The notes under the pieces are model-generated. The model worked only from the letters and a program-made list of their open reading frames with translations, searched no databases and was not told where the DNA came from. DNA of 61,441 nt, the filler included, from Catajapyx aquilonaris (Eukaryota), in the NCBI GenBank assembly GCA_000934665.2. It is 3 parts of 3 records of this genome, joined end to end, with 100 filler letters (N's around TTAATTAATTAA, not from the genome) between each part and the next. Parts side by side here need not be neighbours in the genome. Positions count along the whole stretch, not along the records: positions 17,366 to 34,758 come from JYFJ02007034.1; positions 34,859 to 61,441 come from JYFJ02007035.1; 1 more part is not named here. One strand, given 5' to 3'. This document shows, one piece after another, positions 25,132 through 38,849 of the stretch; the stretch's first letter is position 1; each line of letters begins with the position of its first letter. A program made the translations under genes and the position numbers.

Positions 25132-26136
25132 GTCTTGTTGAATAAGGAAATGAAGTAGTGTGTTACTACCTGGAATAGATGGTAGTAGTATGAATAAAGT
25201 GTAGGTAACTGTAGAGGCAAGACGAAGTTATCTTTAATCCACATCGATGACATTTTTGCATTCGATCCTGAATCAACTTGTCAGTCCTATACGAGGGGCT
25301 TTCGGAAAGTAATGAGCTTTTCCTTGAGGGCGTTTGCCACTAGTCGTTAAAATAATTGAGGGGTTTCTCAGAAAAACCCCAAGGGGTTAAAATTTTTTGA
25401 GTGATTTCCCACTCAACTTGAGTGAATTTTCACTCAATTGTATATTTAAAAATGAACCTGTCTTTTTGAGTGAAAGTCACTCTTCCATTTGAGTGATAAA
25501 TTTTCACTCTCAATTGAGTGGGAAAAAGCCACTCATTTTGAGTGAAATAGCAAATCTTTTTGAGTGATTTCACATCACTCAATTTGAGTGACTAAATATC
25601 ACTCAACCTTTGATAACAAACCAAAATCCCCCTCCCCCTCCTTTTGCCCCTCTCACCATGTAACAGCCAACACCCAAAGAAATAAAATACACTAAGTTAA
25701 GAATCCACCAAAATTTATTGCAATCTGTATAGTATACACATCTTGTGTTCCAATTAAATAATTTCTGACACCTCAATGGTACAATATATGCTATTCCTCA
25801 TCAGCAGTTAGCAGTTACTCACATGATGGAGTCAGATCGACCCCAAATGCACAGTAATTTGCAAAATATTACTCTGCCTCGACACAAATTATTATTTCTG
25901 CACAGAGCAATTCAGGTGGTCAGAAGCAAAGGGGGTGCAAGTGACAAAAATGTAGTTTCGAGAAATAAATTCCGAAAGTGTGACTCCTCCAAAGCTCCCA
26001 TTGAAAATTTCAACAAACAAGCCTCCAAAAAGAGACTCATTCCATGAATAGATTGAAATCCATGGAAGTGCTGAGGCACTTATATCAGATTTTTAAATTT
26101 TGTCACTTGCACGCCTTTGCTTCTATAAGCTTCTCT

Positions 26137-26433
26137 ACCGAAGCAGTAGTGGTGGAGTGGTATGGTGTCCGACTGCTAATCGGGAGGTCCTGGGTTCGAA
26201 TCCCGGAGGCCGGCGACCCTGATCATGGTTTTCTGTGGTTTCCCATTGTCATCGCAGGATAATTCCGGGGTCGTTACCGTAATTATAGGCCACAGCCGCT
26301 TATTCCTTCCTTACCTATCCTTGCCTCAATTCCGATGGAAAAGTATAGTAAAAATGGAAAGAGTTCCAGACAAAAAAAAAATTGGGAGAAATCCCCCCCT
26401 AATAAAGCCCAAAGGGCTGATAATGGGGTATCA

Positions 26434-26465
<32 letters not shown>
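26137..26465 (+). mobile_element. Full-length tRNA-derived SINE, family 1, with (ATT)n tail
   Basis: A box TGGTGGAGTGG, B box GGTTCGAATCC, TSD TATAAGCTTCTC at 26124-26135 and 26463-26474. Confidence 0.9.
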
Positions 26466-26466
<1 letters not shown>

Positions 26467-26518
26467 AGCTTCTCAATTAACATGTTGGACAGTAGCTAAC
26501 TTAGTCATGAAACAATAC

Positions 26519-29500
26519 CTAGTCATGTAACCCTTTCAACGCATGAAAAAGGGATTCTGAACTTGCTCTCATCGGTGTGTTTGGGATGTCATAAAAGTAT
26601 GCTTCCATGAACTTGAAAAAATTTGTCAAGTTTTCTGAGTACGTTACATCAAAAACATGATGGGCCTTAATAAGCAGATCAAAAGCCCGCAGGAATGCCT
26701 TCCCTGCGTCCATGACCTGATGGTCGAAGCACAGGAAATACTTCTCTGCCTTCTGCACAGTGCCCACAGCAATGATGTATGGCTGCAACAGTTGATCTGA
26801 CTTGTTTTGTGCAACAGATTCTACATCAGACCCCAGCTGGGAAGAAAAATTATGTGTAAAACAAGTGATGCATGGTATAAATTGGCTGCAGATAAATATA
26901 TGGCTTTCCTTACCGTGGCAAACTTGATAAGGGATGATTGCCTATTGTCTGCTGATGCCTTGCTGCTTCCTTTGTGCCGGATTGACACTGGGACAAGTTG
27001 CAAAAGGAGCAATACACTTTTCAGGAACTCTGTTAATGATAGTTATGAGTTACCAAAAGTGTCCTTCAGACTATAATTATGACATATGAGGGGGTGAAAA
27101 TCAAAAACCGACAGCTCCGTCATAAACGTAACGGAGAAAAACGAGAAAAACCTACAGTTTCGCCGTATGTCAATGTAGACACCTGAATGTAGAGGCTATA
27201 GATTCCTTTACTAGCAACTCAACCATTGGTAAGTTATTATGAAATCATCCGTCATTACCCAATGAGCTGTGGACCGTCCATTCCGCCACTGGCCGGTTTT
27301 TGATTTGCAACAGGCTGGAGTTGGTGCTTTTTGATGCAAAATTGAGTGAGGGAAACATGAAACACAGGTTTATCCGGCGTGTAAATGTTTAAGTTTATTC
27401 CACACTTACATACCAACGTTCCATTACATTTCGCAAGGTGTTCTGTTAAATGCGCATCTCATTCGCACCGTAGTTATCCGTACGAGCTTCACAGTATGTA
27501 CTGTCTCCCATGTCAGCTTTAGTTTCGTGGGAGCTGGCGGTTTTTGATCTGCGATTTTCTGCGAGTGGAGATGGAGCTGGCGGTTTTTGTTACGGAGGTC
27601 GCTTTTCACCCCTGAATTTGACGGGTTTGTTGTAGGGTTTTAAATACCATATTCAGGTATTATGTACTCCATGGCATGAGGAATGCATTGCCGGCGCTAA
27701 CTCATTTTTTTTGGTTTTTGGAGCTGTCGGTTTTTGATTTTCACCCCCTCATATAGTACTATCACTATATTTTTATACTCACTGTCCTGCACTTCATTAT
27801 AGGTGGAGAGTAAATCTGGGCGCACAGTCTTCACATACACTTCTATTTTTGGCACAAACTCTGGCATTGATGATGTAATCAGGCTTTTCTTTGCAACTTT
27901 CAGCATATCAAATTCAACATCAATCTGGAAGGTATAATTCATTCTTGTTTGTAAGACCTATTTCATTTTTCATTGTTAAACTTAGAAGAAACCATACGAA
28001 GTGCCCTTCGAAGTCCAAAAATCTGGGGTACTCCTCCAAAACATCTGTGATAGTCATTGCCTGTTTCATAGCCTCCCTCCGCACTAGATGAGTCTCTCGC
28101 ATGTATTCTTCCATTTTCTTGAGGTTTGCGTTCAAGGGAAGGCAGAATTTCATCCAGTTAATCTGAAAATAGTGTACATACATATACTGTAGGCTATATA
28201 TTTTGTGAACTGCTTCATTAAACAATAATATTGCAGGCACTGTACACATACCATTTCCTGCACTGCTTCCATGTCGTCATTAGGCATAGCGGAAGTGCTT
28301 TCATTTGTCTCATCAGACATGGGTGAAGGGCAACATGGTCGTTTCCTGTTGACATTTTTTTTTTGCTTGGTGACAATTTTTCACGCATGGTCTTGAATCT
28401 GTACTCAATATAACCGTGGCAACCTTTTGCGTCAAAGAAGTGCTCCTGTTACGTGTATAAGAATAGCAAGTGAGATTTATGATTAAATTATATGCTGCAT
28501 GCAAATCAATGGTAAATAATTTCTTATTACATGTCCCTTTAGCCCTTTACGATCTAGCTTCAGTTTCGGAAATGTTGCAACTATTGCCATAGCCAATGCC
28601 TCCTTTTCCGAAGTCCTGCTGGGATAACTGAAAAATATTCATTTTAATTTCACAATGCAGAGCCTCGCATTACACAGTACTTACTGGCTGCTAATCCTCT
28701 CAACCAAATGTCCACATAAAATGCGAATCAATAGGGCGCGCATGGCCGGGGTCACTATCTTATCTGCAGGACCTTCTAACGTTTGCAATAAATCCTTCCC
28801 ATCTTCATGTTTTTTGATTATTTCCACAATGTTGAAGTCCTGAAAATATTTTTCCAGAATGCAGTAGGCCCTATAGTGGACTATATGTATACCTCTGAAG
28901 CAGCAGTAACAGGGTGAGAAAGCAGCATCATGGGTAACAAATGACCTCTGGAGTCTACATTTTCACTGTCACATGCATGTATCAGCAGGCCCTACTTTAA
29001 AAACAGCGTCTCTGCAGCCTCTACTGTGTGCATCTCCATCAATATAAAATATTGTAATATATGTTAAAGATTTTTAATGTTAAGTGGAGTTAAATCTGAT
29101 TTGATTTTAAGAAGCTTGACACTGATAGTGGCAGTTATTGTGCTCATCATAATGTATATGTATAACATATGATGGTGAATGACTGAAAATGACAATTAAC
29201 TTACAGTCCATTGTAACGGTTTCCTATTCAGTGCCGAGCTGCTTGTAGATGTGCTGGGCAGTGTTGATGGTGGACTCTGAACGAGTTGCACCACTTCCTG
29301 CCTCGATTCAGGCACTTCGGTCACACCACCACTACTGGTATTGTTCGCAATGCTCCCAACCTGTGAATAGAGTGATATATACTGTGTAAGTTATTTGTGA
29401 AAAATAGGCATGTGACACCGTTGTCTATATAATAGACTTACACTCCTTTCTTCAATCAATTCGCTTCTAACCTCTTCAATAATGCCTTCCAACATCTTCC

Positions 29501-29600
29501 TGTGCCCAACTATGAAGCTCATTTCTCGGAAATCCTCTGTAGTAAGCTTTACAAATAGTTTCCCATTAATAGCATTCTCTGGAAGTAGTGACATCATTAT
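26519..29600 (-). CDS. Multi-exon accessory gene of the EnSpm element, N-terminal SAM-like domain (SAMD3-like family); one apparent frameshift in an A10 run near 28360
   Basis: Exon peptides ENAINGKLFVKLTTEDFREMSFIVGHRKMLEGII (SAM-like), YPSRTSEKEALAMAIVATFPKL, EHFFDAKGCHGYIEYRFK, DVLEEYPRFLD, QPYIIAVG...AFDLLIKAHHVFDVTY...NFFKF, with GT-AG boundaries. The 5' end is uncertain. Confidence 0.65.
27087..27751. mobile_element. TA-flanked MITE (intronic in the accessory gene)
   Basis: Perfect TIR TGAGGGGGTGAAAATCAAAAACCGACAGCTCC / GGAGCTGTCGGTTTTTGATTTTCACCCCCTCA. Confidence 0.85.
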
Positions 29601-31039
29601 GATACTGTCAGTGATGAAACAGTATATAGGCTAGCCCCAAGGGGGTATAACAACAGTCTGCTTCGGTGTATAGAGACCACATTCAGGATTTGTCCAACAT
29701 TTCTCCAGTCTGCAAAGAATATTTATGATGGATTTTCCAAAACTCCTGAGCTTTTACGCCCAATATTCCTGGAATTTGTCTCAAGTGTATAGGCTACACC
29801 AAATTTGTAAGTTGTTAACCACCTCGACTAGCACTGTTTGTTATTGAATCACACCTTAAAATGGTGAGATGAACAGCACGTAACAGACATCCTCTGCTCA
29901 GATTATTATGTGTCTCATGCTAATATACTCATGTCCATTTTCGTAATCACGCCATGTATCAGCAGGGTGGTAATGAGCCAAGCCCTCTGGATAAATTAAG
30001 GACATGATTTGAGGGTTAGAGGGAATCACGTGGAATGCATGGTAATAGGGATCCAGAGACAACGTGTGCCATAAGTGTGCTACAAAGTGTGGCTTTGAAG
30101 AGTCGACTATTGCTACTTCCTCAATCTTCGCAAATTCAGGCATCCCAGACATGTGCTTAGTTCCAGATTGCATGCAAATGAAGCTTCCGATTCTGTATTC
30201 CACTCCTTGAAAAGTTACCTGCCTGGCCCAAAATATTTCCTGCTTTTCTGAGAAGCCTATATCGATGAATAATTGGGAAGCCATAGATGCCTGTATTGAC
30301 GCAACTACTCCGGAAGAACTTACAAAGTCATCTCTTTTCATAGAATACAACGATTCCTTTCCGGCATCCCAATGAGCAGTTTGAAATAACTGGTGCCGCC
30401 AGGCCATTGTTTTAGCAACATTTTTGAAGTTGCAGGTGATATGAGCTAAAACTTTTAAAAAATTGTGTTTTCCCTCATAGCGCATGCACCAAAATCGTGT
30501 CATGGGCCCAAACCTCTCCATAAAGTCAGGATAATGTAATAGGTGATGGTGCTTGTTGACCAGTTTTGTATCTGGAAATAATTTCCCCATGAGCATGTGA
30601 TGTTCCACTGTTATCTCCTGCAGGTATGCCAGGAGGCCAGGTGAGAGTGTTGGTGACATTATTATTTCACACATTTGTAGCAAAAGTATTAATAAATGCA
30701 TGTGCTCACTCTCAGGCACTTTGCCTTAAGAAAGGCAGAGAACGTAATAGCAACCAACACTGCATGGATCTCTGTTTCAAAGTGTGATCGGAGAGGTTTC
30801 GTATCATAGAAATGGTGAAATTAGCTGAAGGCTTGTTCTTTAGTTCCACAAAGCCATAAGAAAATGATTTCACTCGACTATTCAAGAACTGTACATCAAA
30901 AATATCTTGCTTCACTATGAACTCTTGCAGAACTAGTTTGATCTCCATTCCTACTATCCCCTCAAATAAATCATGCATTGCATCAAAGACATTGTTTTCT
31001 GCGACATGGAAATAACTGAGTCTGTTTAATAGGGAATCC

Positions 31040-32390
31040 CAGGGTTGTGAACCGAACCGAACCCTTGCTCCGTGAACCAGATAACAGCGAACCCGCTCCG
31101 GAGCAGTAGAGTCGGAGTCCGGAGCGAGCATCGGAACGGGGTTCGGGTTCAAACCGGTTCAGGGGAAGAGTGGAGTGAAGGTTGGAGCTGGTTCGGAGCG
31201 AACGGCTCTGGAGTTGAACCCGGTTCAGGAGCGGGGTTCGAAGCGTGTTCCGGATCAGGTTCGGAGCGGTTCAAAGCTTGGTTAGGTACAACATACCAAC
31301 CCAACAGGGGGAAAGGCAGCAAAACCGCTGGATTTACTCCAGAGTATGCATCATGTTTTCATGGTAGGAGAATGACATTTCCAAGCACCCGCGATACAGG
31401 GTGTACCGCAAATGTCACATTTTCATGTCATGCGCATTTTGGTATGTTACAATATGTCATGCGCATTTTTGTAAGCCACAATATGTCATACGCATTTTTT
31501 ATTTTTATTTTTAATTTTTATTTTTTTTACGTTACCCCGTGATAGGGCCATAGGCCCTTATAGGGGAGTGGAATACCACCATTTTTCCTTCAATTTTCTG
31601 CTTTTTCTTCTAACTCCGGTGCAAGGATGAAAGGACATGAGGTAAGGATAGGGATTTTGTCATACGCATTTTTGAATGCCACAACATCTCATACCCATTT
31701 ATTGGATGTCACATTTTCATGTCATACGTATTTTTTATGTCACATATTTGTATGTCATACGTATTTTTTATGTCACATATTTGTATGTCATACATATTTA
31801 GTACATAGTAGCTTGCTGACATGTGTGGGTGTGTGTGTGTGTGTGTGTGACTGGCATTATTCAGCTACACTGTAAACTATAGAACATTAACCCTTAACAA
31901 CATGAACCCTTATTAACTACTTAGGTGGCCGAAACACCTTTAGTTACTTATGTGGAGCCTGAGCGGCTCCAATGCTATATTTAAATGTCAGGTTTATCAC
32001 TATAATCAGCTTAATTGTTATATTGGACTTTTCACATATTTTTTCACATATTGTAACATACAAAAATGCGCATGACATATTGTGGCATACAAAAATACGT
32101 ATGACATATTGTGGCATACAAAAATGCGCATGACATATTGTAGCATACAAAAATGCGCATGACATGAGAATGTGACATTTGTGGTACACCCTGTATCGCG
32201 GGTGCTTGGAAATGTCATTCTCCCACCATGAAAACATGATGCATACTCTGGAGTAAATCCAGCGGTTTTGCTGCCTTTCCCCCTGTTGGGTTGGTATGTT
32301 GTACCTAACCAAGCTTTGAACCATTCCGAACCCGATCCGGAACACGCTCCGAACCCCGCTTCCTGAACCGGGTTCAACTCCGGAGCCGCT
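31040..32390. mobile_element. Foldback-like insertion with ~280-bp inverted arms, GTCATA-type minisatellite and SINE fragment
   Basis: 31207-31490 is inverted at about 32095-32383 (mirror ORFs 31072+ and 32018-); it starts with CAGGGTTG. Confidence 0.75.
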
Positions 32391-32778
32391 TTTGCCTTCA
32401 GATTTAGAATTACTCTGGCAGCTGTATCGGTATAAGGTCTACTTGATAATTGATTGCATCAGAAGTACTTGGCAGAGAGGCTATTTCACTGATCTCGCTT
32501 GCACTATTGTTTCTGTTACTGTCAAGTAGGCCTAATGAGCTGGCTTCCCTTTCTGCACTAGCACCTTCTGCACTTGCAGATTCATCCATCACTGGGTCTT
32601 GGCTAAGTAGTGTGCTGTGCTGGTTTTTAATGTGCCTAATGTAGCTACTCTGCCATTCAAATGACTGCCTACAACCTTGCTGGCCACATATGAATTTTCG
32701 TGTAGCCTAGCTCCTAGCACCACTTATAGCATGAATTTGCCTCAAGTTCCGCAATAATGTGGTTACATTCCCACGAAC

Positions 32779-32889
32779 CAGGGATGGAAAAAGTACCGCT
32801 TCCTTCCAAGAAGCGCTTCTTTTTTCCATGTGCAGGGATAGAAAAAGAACCGCTTACCGCCCAAAGAAGCGGTTCTTTTTCCATCCCTG
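32779..32889. mobile_element. hAT-like MITE
   Basis: TIR CAGGGATGGAAAAAG / CTTTTTCCATCCCTG with perfect 8-bp TSD CCACGAAC (32771-32778, 32890-32897). Confidence 0.9.
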
Positions 32890-34758
32890 CCACGAACCCA
32901 TTTGTGACACTTCAAACACTGCAAAGCCATATTAGAATAAGAGAAAAAGGTGAGGTAATGGTTAGATTTTATATCAATCGTCCAACACTGGAAAGGAATG
33001 CAAGCAAATATTAATATCTAATACTGCATGCACTGTAATGCACGTACTAATTATTCATGTACCGACTTGGAGGTTGTACTTTATGATCAAGGCTACATGC
33101 AACTGTTTCGAGTACTGACTTGTAGAGAGCTCATCGTTCAGATACATGAACTGCACTGATTTGAACTGGTAGGCGACATTTGATGTACCATTTTCAAGCC
33201 AGTGCATCTGAACGACGGGCTGCCTACAAGTCAGTACTCCAGACCAGAACCTTTTGTTCTGATCACTTCTCATGTTATAATTGTCTGAAATACCACCAAT
33301 ATCTGAAACTGCAAAGGATATCAGTGTAAATAATTCTATGAAGGCAATCGTACTGTCAAAAGCAATAAATTCATCCTTAATGGTTAAGTTATGGTTAAAT
33401 ACATAGTACTGTACTTTTAAAATGTGAGCAGATGCGAAACATAACAGACAAAGGTGTTATCAATGTGGTACTTGAACTTCACCCACCCTCTTTGTTGCGT
33501 ATCACTGGACAAAACCTCGCCTACCAGCAGTGGTATGCTTATCACTGGTTGAAAAACAATGCTATCTAGATGGTATTTTGTGATCACAAAGTAGGCATAT
33601 ACCAACAGGCTACATGTACAGGCTATTAGCCTAGTACATTCATTGCAGTGACCAGATACCGACAGTTTCAGTACTTTTTCATCATAGTTTCAAAAAAAAT
33701 TAGTGGCCAGTGGTCACCCTGTACATTATAATAAAGACTTGTAACAGCCAGCTTACCTCTGAACTTCTGCACAGCCTCTTCAGGCACCTCTCTTCCCAGG
33801 AGGTACGTACTGTGCTACCTCTTCCATACTTCTGCACTCCATGGCTGGCACTGGCGACTGGCATCACTTCAGTCTTGTGCAGACCCGTTCTCCTTGCTGC
33901 CACACACCGAGCACCAATCTAACGGCCGGCTCCGTGTCTGCGGGGAAGTACCGCCCGCAACCTTTGTGTGTTGCGTCCTTGGTTGCGTCATAATTACCTA
34001 TACTGGCGCATTGTCCAGCTTTTACTCTACACTCGCTTTTTGACCTTCTTAAATCTCAGCATAATTTTATCTAGCACCAAATCGCCACTTTTTGGACATA
34101 GCTTAGAGAAAAGCCTGAGCTAAGAACTAAACTTGACTAGCTCGGTCTTCTCACTCACGATTTGAGCACCCGCCAACTCAAAGTTAGAGTGAATATTTGT
34201 CGTAATGAGTGAAAGTGACGCATTTTGGGGGGGAAATTACTCAATTTGAGTGTTTTATTTTTCACCCATTATTTGAGTGAAATTTCCACTCAATTTTTTT
34301 AGAGTGATGCATAATTATATCATAAAATGTGACAAAATTAGTTAAGGGTAGTATTACATACTTTCGGAAGCCCTCCATGCAATGCTTCTCTCCAATTTCT
34401 GAAAAAAATATGTTGTTGGAGATATTGAAGGGAAAAATCAACACCTTCCATCATTTTCCTACAAAACCCCAAATGTCAAGTGTGATTTCCCTGAAGAATC
34501 CCACATATCAGCGGTGACATATGTGAGATTTTTCACGGAATGACAGGATTAGAAGGTTTCAGGAGTATCTGGTAAAACATGGTATGTCCCCAAAATGATC
34601 TAAGCAATACCCCAGGACAACCCCTGCCCATGTCGTGTCGTTGATGCCATCATGAAACATGTTAAGGTGGAAATGAAGCTAGAGTCACTCAATGAGAATT
34701 TTATGAAAAAAACATATGTTACGCAGTTTTGTGTCCTCTTATCAATGGTGCAAAGAAA

Positions 34759-34858
34759 NNNNNNNNNNNNNNNNNNNNNNNNNNNNNNNNNNNNNNNNNN
34801 NNTTAATTAATTAANNNNNNNNNNNNNNNNNNNNNNNNNNNNNNNNNNNNNNNNNNNN
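34759..34858. other. Assembly gap with artificial linker
   Basis: N-run + TTAATTAATTAA + N-run. Confidence 0.95.
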
Positions 34859-35823
34859 ACAAAGTGCAACCCCCCTCCCCCCCTTCACTTGTCCGCGCGG
34901 ATTATGGACGGCCCCAAACCAGTTCATACAGCTTTTGTGGAATAGTATATTTTGCCATTTGCCCTTATTATACGGTTATATCTGGCGTACAGCACATCTT
35001 AAAAATAAAGTTGGCAGTTTCATTTTGCAGTTGAAAATGTTCTCTTTGATGGAATACCCCGAACAAACGCTTCCCAGCACCTTTTTCCAATATTCTGCTA
35101 CGAGATTCACTTGCATCACCACGCACTGTTCTCTATGAAAGTCTGTGCCTGTTGCGGAAACTTTCCAGCCACCCATTTGAAGTGCAATAAAACTTTCTTT
35201 TTTTTCTTGTAGCAATAGGCCCACATAAATTATGCACGCGGTAGTACAGTTACATTGTGCATGGTATATAATTATGTGTGATTGAAAATACTGGCCGAAT
35301 AGCATGCTAATCCTATGGAGCACTTATATAGGAGGCTCTGGAACTGGAATTATTATTTGAAGAACAAGAGGGCATCCAGAACCACCGATAAGTTAAAGAA
35401 TCCGGAAGTAGAGTGAAAGAAGGTCCTACAATATATTCTATATTGGACTATTGGACTAGCCTCGATGCCTCGAATATGTCAAGCTGCCATCGACTCCAAG
35501 AGGTACCCGACCAAGTTCTAGTTGCGACTGATTACCTTGTCAAGTTTTATAGCGCTTTATAGTGTAAAATCATATCACGATGTTATTCAAATTCCCTGCT
35601 CCCCTTATTTGAACTGTTGGTAAGGCAAAAGCCATGATGCCGCCTGGGGCGTATCCAACACCTTAGTGATTTCACGGCGAAAGAGGCGATACGCATTCGG
35701 ACGAGCCCTTTGCAGCAAGGTAGGGATAGTCAATACGCTGTCTGGTAATTGTTGTACTGTATGATTGTATGGTTGGTTTCAAGTTTTGGCAACTCCGAAT
35801 TTGCCATAACTGATGTGCTCAAC

Positions 35824-36229
35824 CAGGGAGCATAAACTACATACGTAAGAGGCGCAAACTTCTGTCGGCCCCTTTGATGTCCGCGTCTCTCTGTTTGGGG
35901 TCGTTGCCAAGGCTGGCGGCCATTTTGAAGTGTGGGCAACGCCAACAAGGTATAAATAGGGTACAGTCAAAAATAGGGTCCGCCATCTTTGATGGTTTTG
36001 GCGGCCATGGCAACTACACGGCAAGAACACGCGCGTATTGGAATATCTTTGCCGTACTTACGTAATTAATACGTAGGAAAGTGCAAGGAGCTCGCAAAAA
36101 AATCTTCAAATTCGCGCATGTTCTTGCCGTGGAGTGCCATCCTTGGCAACTGCCCCAAATAGAGAGACGCAGACATCAAAGGCGCCGACCGAAGTTTGCA
36201 CCTTTTATGTAGTAGCCTATATGCTCCCT
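35824..36229. mobile_element. MITE with ~90-bp imperfect TIRs
   Basis: CAGGGAGCATA...CAAACTTC...TTTGATGTC...TTGCCAAGG is inverted at 36136-36229. Confidence 0.75.
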
Positions 36230-37802
36230 GATACAACCATTATCTATGGTTCCAGACTTGTGGCACACCCTGTAGAAATCTCCGCTAGCAACGTGTACAC
36301 CTTGGTGTACACAGCAGGGAAGGCAATGGATTTCTTAGAGTGAACTGCTGGGCCCATGGCCCCGCCCCCAAACAAACTTCTCTCCTCCCTCCTCCCTCCT
36401 CCCCAACTTCTCCCCCCCACCACTTTGGCACCATGACAACATGTATCCCTCCGCCAGAGCCTTATTCCGATGGTGCTTATGCGCGCCGAAAAGAAGTGAA
36501 AAGAAGAGATTCGAACACCGTTGCCTTGGATTCGAACAATGCTTCGAAATTACGCGGGCACGGATCCCGATGCTCTTTTGTCTCTCGCCTTGAAAGTAGT
36601 CCCCATGTGGCAAGGTTGCTGATTTTAATTTTTCTATTACGCTATTCTAAATAATGCTTTAGTGTTCATAAATTATGTCAGAACCAAATAATTGATATCG
36701 GTCGAATTCCTTTTTAAAATACACCGTCAATTACATTTACGTATTTTCACCTGGCAACCTTACTGTGACGCACGGTCATACAAGCGACCCCATTGGTTCG
36801 CCCGGGGGGGCGTGTCTGTTCACTCTAAGAAATCCATTGCCTATAGCAATGCAGTGTCGCCACGAAAGTCCACTAAATGCGGATATCGCTTCATAACTGG
36901 ATTTGTTCCCAAATATTCAGGGTTTTCGGACTGTTCCCGGGATCACCGAAAGGTAAGACGTGTGTGAGAGTAATGTCAGCCTTCTCGGTACCCGGGAAGT
37001 GGCTTAAATTATTGTTATAATGATACGTACATCCACTCTCGCTTATACTATAAGGATAGGTAGTAGCCTACAACTGTACAGGGTACCGGTACTTGACCGG
37101 AATCACCTCATTATTCCCGTCACTGGCATCAGCGGATTACAATTCGAAAGGGACTTTTTGACAGTGACCAAACGAATCAAATGTTTTTGACAAACACTGC
37201 GTATTCTTTTTATTGTTTTAAAATTTAATATTGTACCACCGGTGTATATAGGCTTGTATGAAACGTGAACACAAGTTAGTGATCCAGACAACAACTTTTC
37301 TTTCGAAAGACAGCTTGCCCTTCCACTAGTTCATTATGTGAACCCTCCTGCCATGATCTGAATCTAAGTCTTCTTGTTATTATGGAAGTAAACAATTTTA
37401 TTTGGCTTATTTTCACAAGTTTTAATTTAGTTCATATGTTCGGTTAGCTTGCGTCTCCCTTCATCGCTGACTACCCCTCATAGGGAAATGTCGTGATGAT
37501 GTGATTGATAAATAATAATATTTAGGGCTATTGAGGGATTATATTATTTCTCAAGATTTATTTATTTATGGTAAAACCCCCTTTGCTGGTTACCATTTCT
37601 CTGGAATTTTTAAGTTAATAGTGACACACTCGTGTAAAATGTAGTACAGAAATTGAGTGCAAGAATAATAATTATTTGGGATCGAAGAAGTTTATCCAAT
37701 TATTGACCGAATGATGACGAAGTATGACCGGGGGGGGGGGGGGGGTGTNTAAAATGTCAAAATGATTGATGGCGTAATATGTGCACGGCCCCTTTGCACG
37801 CT

Positions 37803-38253
37803 TGGGAGGCACGTTACACGGCAGTTTTGTATCGCTTCCCCTTAAACCGCGTTAATTCTGAGCGCTTTCATTAGGGAGTTACACGAGATGCTTTGGAGCG
37901 CCTTAGCCCACCTCCCCCACCACCTCCCAACTCCCAACCCCTCTGGAGTTGGGAGCCATTGGAAGCAGCGTTGCCTATTTAGTGGTTATGTAGTCCTTTG
38001 AGATCCCAGTAGCTGCAAAGACACAGCTGGTAACGTATTTTAGAGCGCTCTTGAAGGGTCAATGTTACACGGCAGGCTTAACCCGCTTCTAATCCCTTTC
38101 GATTGTATATACAAGGTAGTCTTAAGGCGCTATAGCGAACGTCGCTTTGAGTTTTTAAGCGCTTTAGCACAAGTTACACGACATCGATGAATCGCTATAC
38201 TCGAAGCGGCTCCCTGAAAAGCTATACAAAGCTTCCGTGTAACGTGCCTCCCA
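37803..38253. mobile_element. MITE
   Basis: TGGGAGGCACGTTACACGG ... CCGTGTAACGTGCCTCCCA. Confidence 0.7.
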
Positions 38254-38849
38254 GACACCCTGCCCGTGGGCCTGGGCGCTTCGCTCAAGGTTCCAGATGT
38301 GTACTGCACTACACCATCAAAGGTACAATAAAGGTCCGTGCTACGTATACCTCTCAAAGGTCAAGTACTACCCGGATTATTATTGTCATCATAATCATCA
38401 TCATCATATCAAACCCAGCCAAGGCCACGGTAAGCAATTTTTCAGGACGACGAGACACTGAGAGTTCATAGCAGAATAATATTGTGACAGCTGCATAAAA
38501 CTTGTCAATAATGTTATGCGACAAAAAGGAAAAAGAGAAAATAAAACAACGACGACTACCCCCGAAATAAAATAAAAAATGCAATGTTGTAAACTTGGCT
38601 ATGCTTTTGATCCTTAATCAAAAGGACTAACTTGGCTTCCTTTTACACGCAGCATCACCAACGGACTGCCCTTGCTCAAATTGCAGGCTATGGATCGGAA
38701 TTGCTACGGAATCAAAATAGCTTTAAAAGCCGATTAACGTCTCAGCGGTGCTGAGAGTGCTGATTTCAACACTGTCAAAAATGAAACTAACAATATTATT
38801 ATAATAAAGACGAGTGACATCAATACCCGAGATCCAATACCTCTCGCAT

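Larger units (their letters stand above)
29898..32930 (-). pseudogene. CMC/EnSpm-type transposase, disrupted
   Basis: N-terminal C2H2-like fingers (MALQCLKCHKWVRGN...QIH; FICGQQGCRQSF...YIRHIKNQH) and C-terminal DAMHDLFEG and KHHHLLHY...FGP...WCMRYEGKH motifs. Frameshift near 30720, internal stop, middle replaced by insertions. Confidence 0.8.
25387..34306 (-). mobile_element. CACTA/EnSpm (CMC superfamily) transposon, ~9 kb, two genes
   Basis: The right terminus reads CACTCTAAAAAAA on the minus strand; both ends have dense subterminal TTGAGTGA/CACTCAA repeats (25396-25606, 34140-34292); it encodes a CMC transposase and an accessory gene. The left terminus is degenerate. Confidence 0.75.

Noticed and set aside
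26137..26215. tRNA gene
   Set aside because: It is the head of a SINE with body, tail and TSD; the same applies to 9535-9608, 4260-4337 and 56980-57056.
31072..32377. Paired ORFs 31072+ and 32018- as duplicated genes
   Set aside because: They are mirror translations of inverted-repeat arms; the same holds for 4592/4930, 57330/58122 and 59446/60107.
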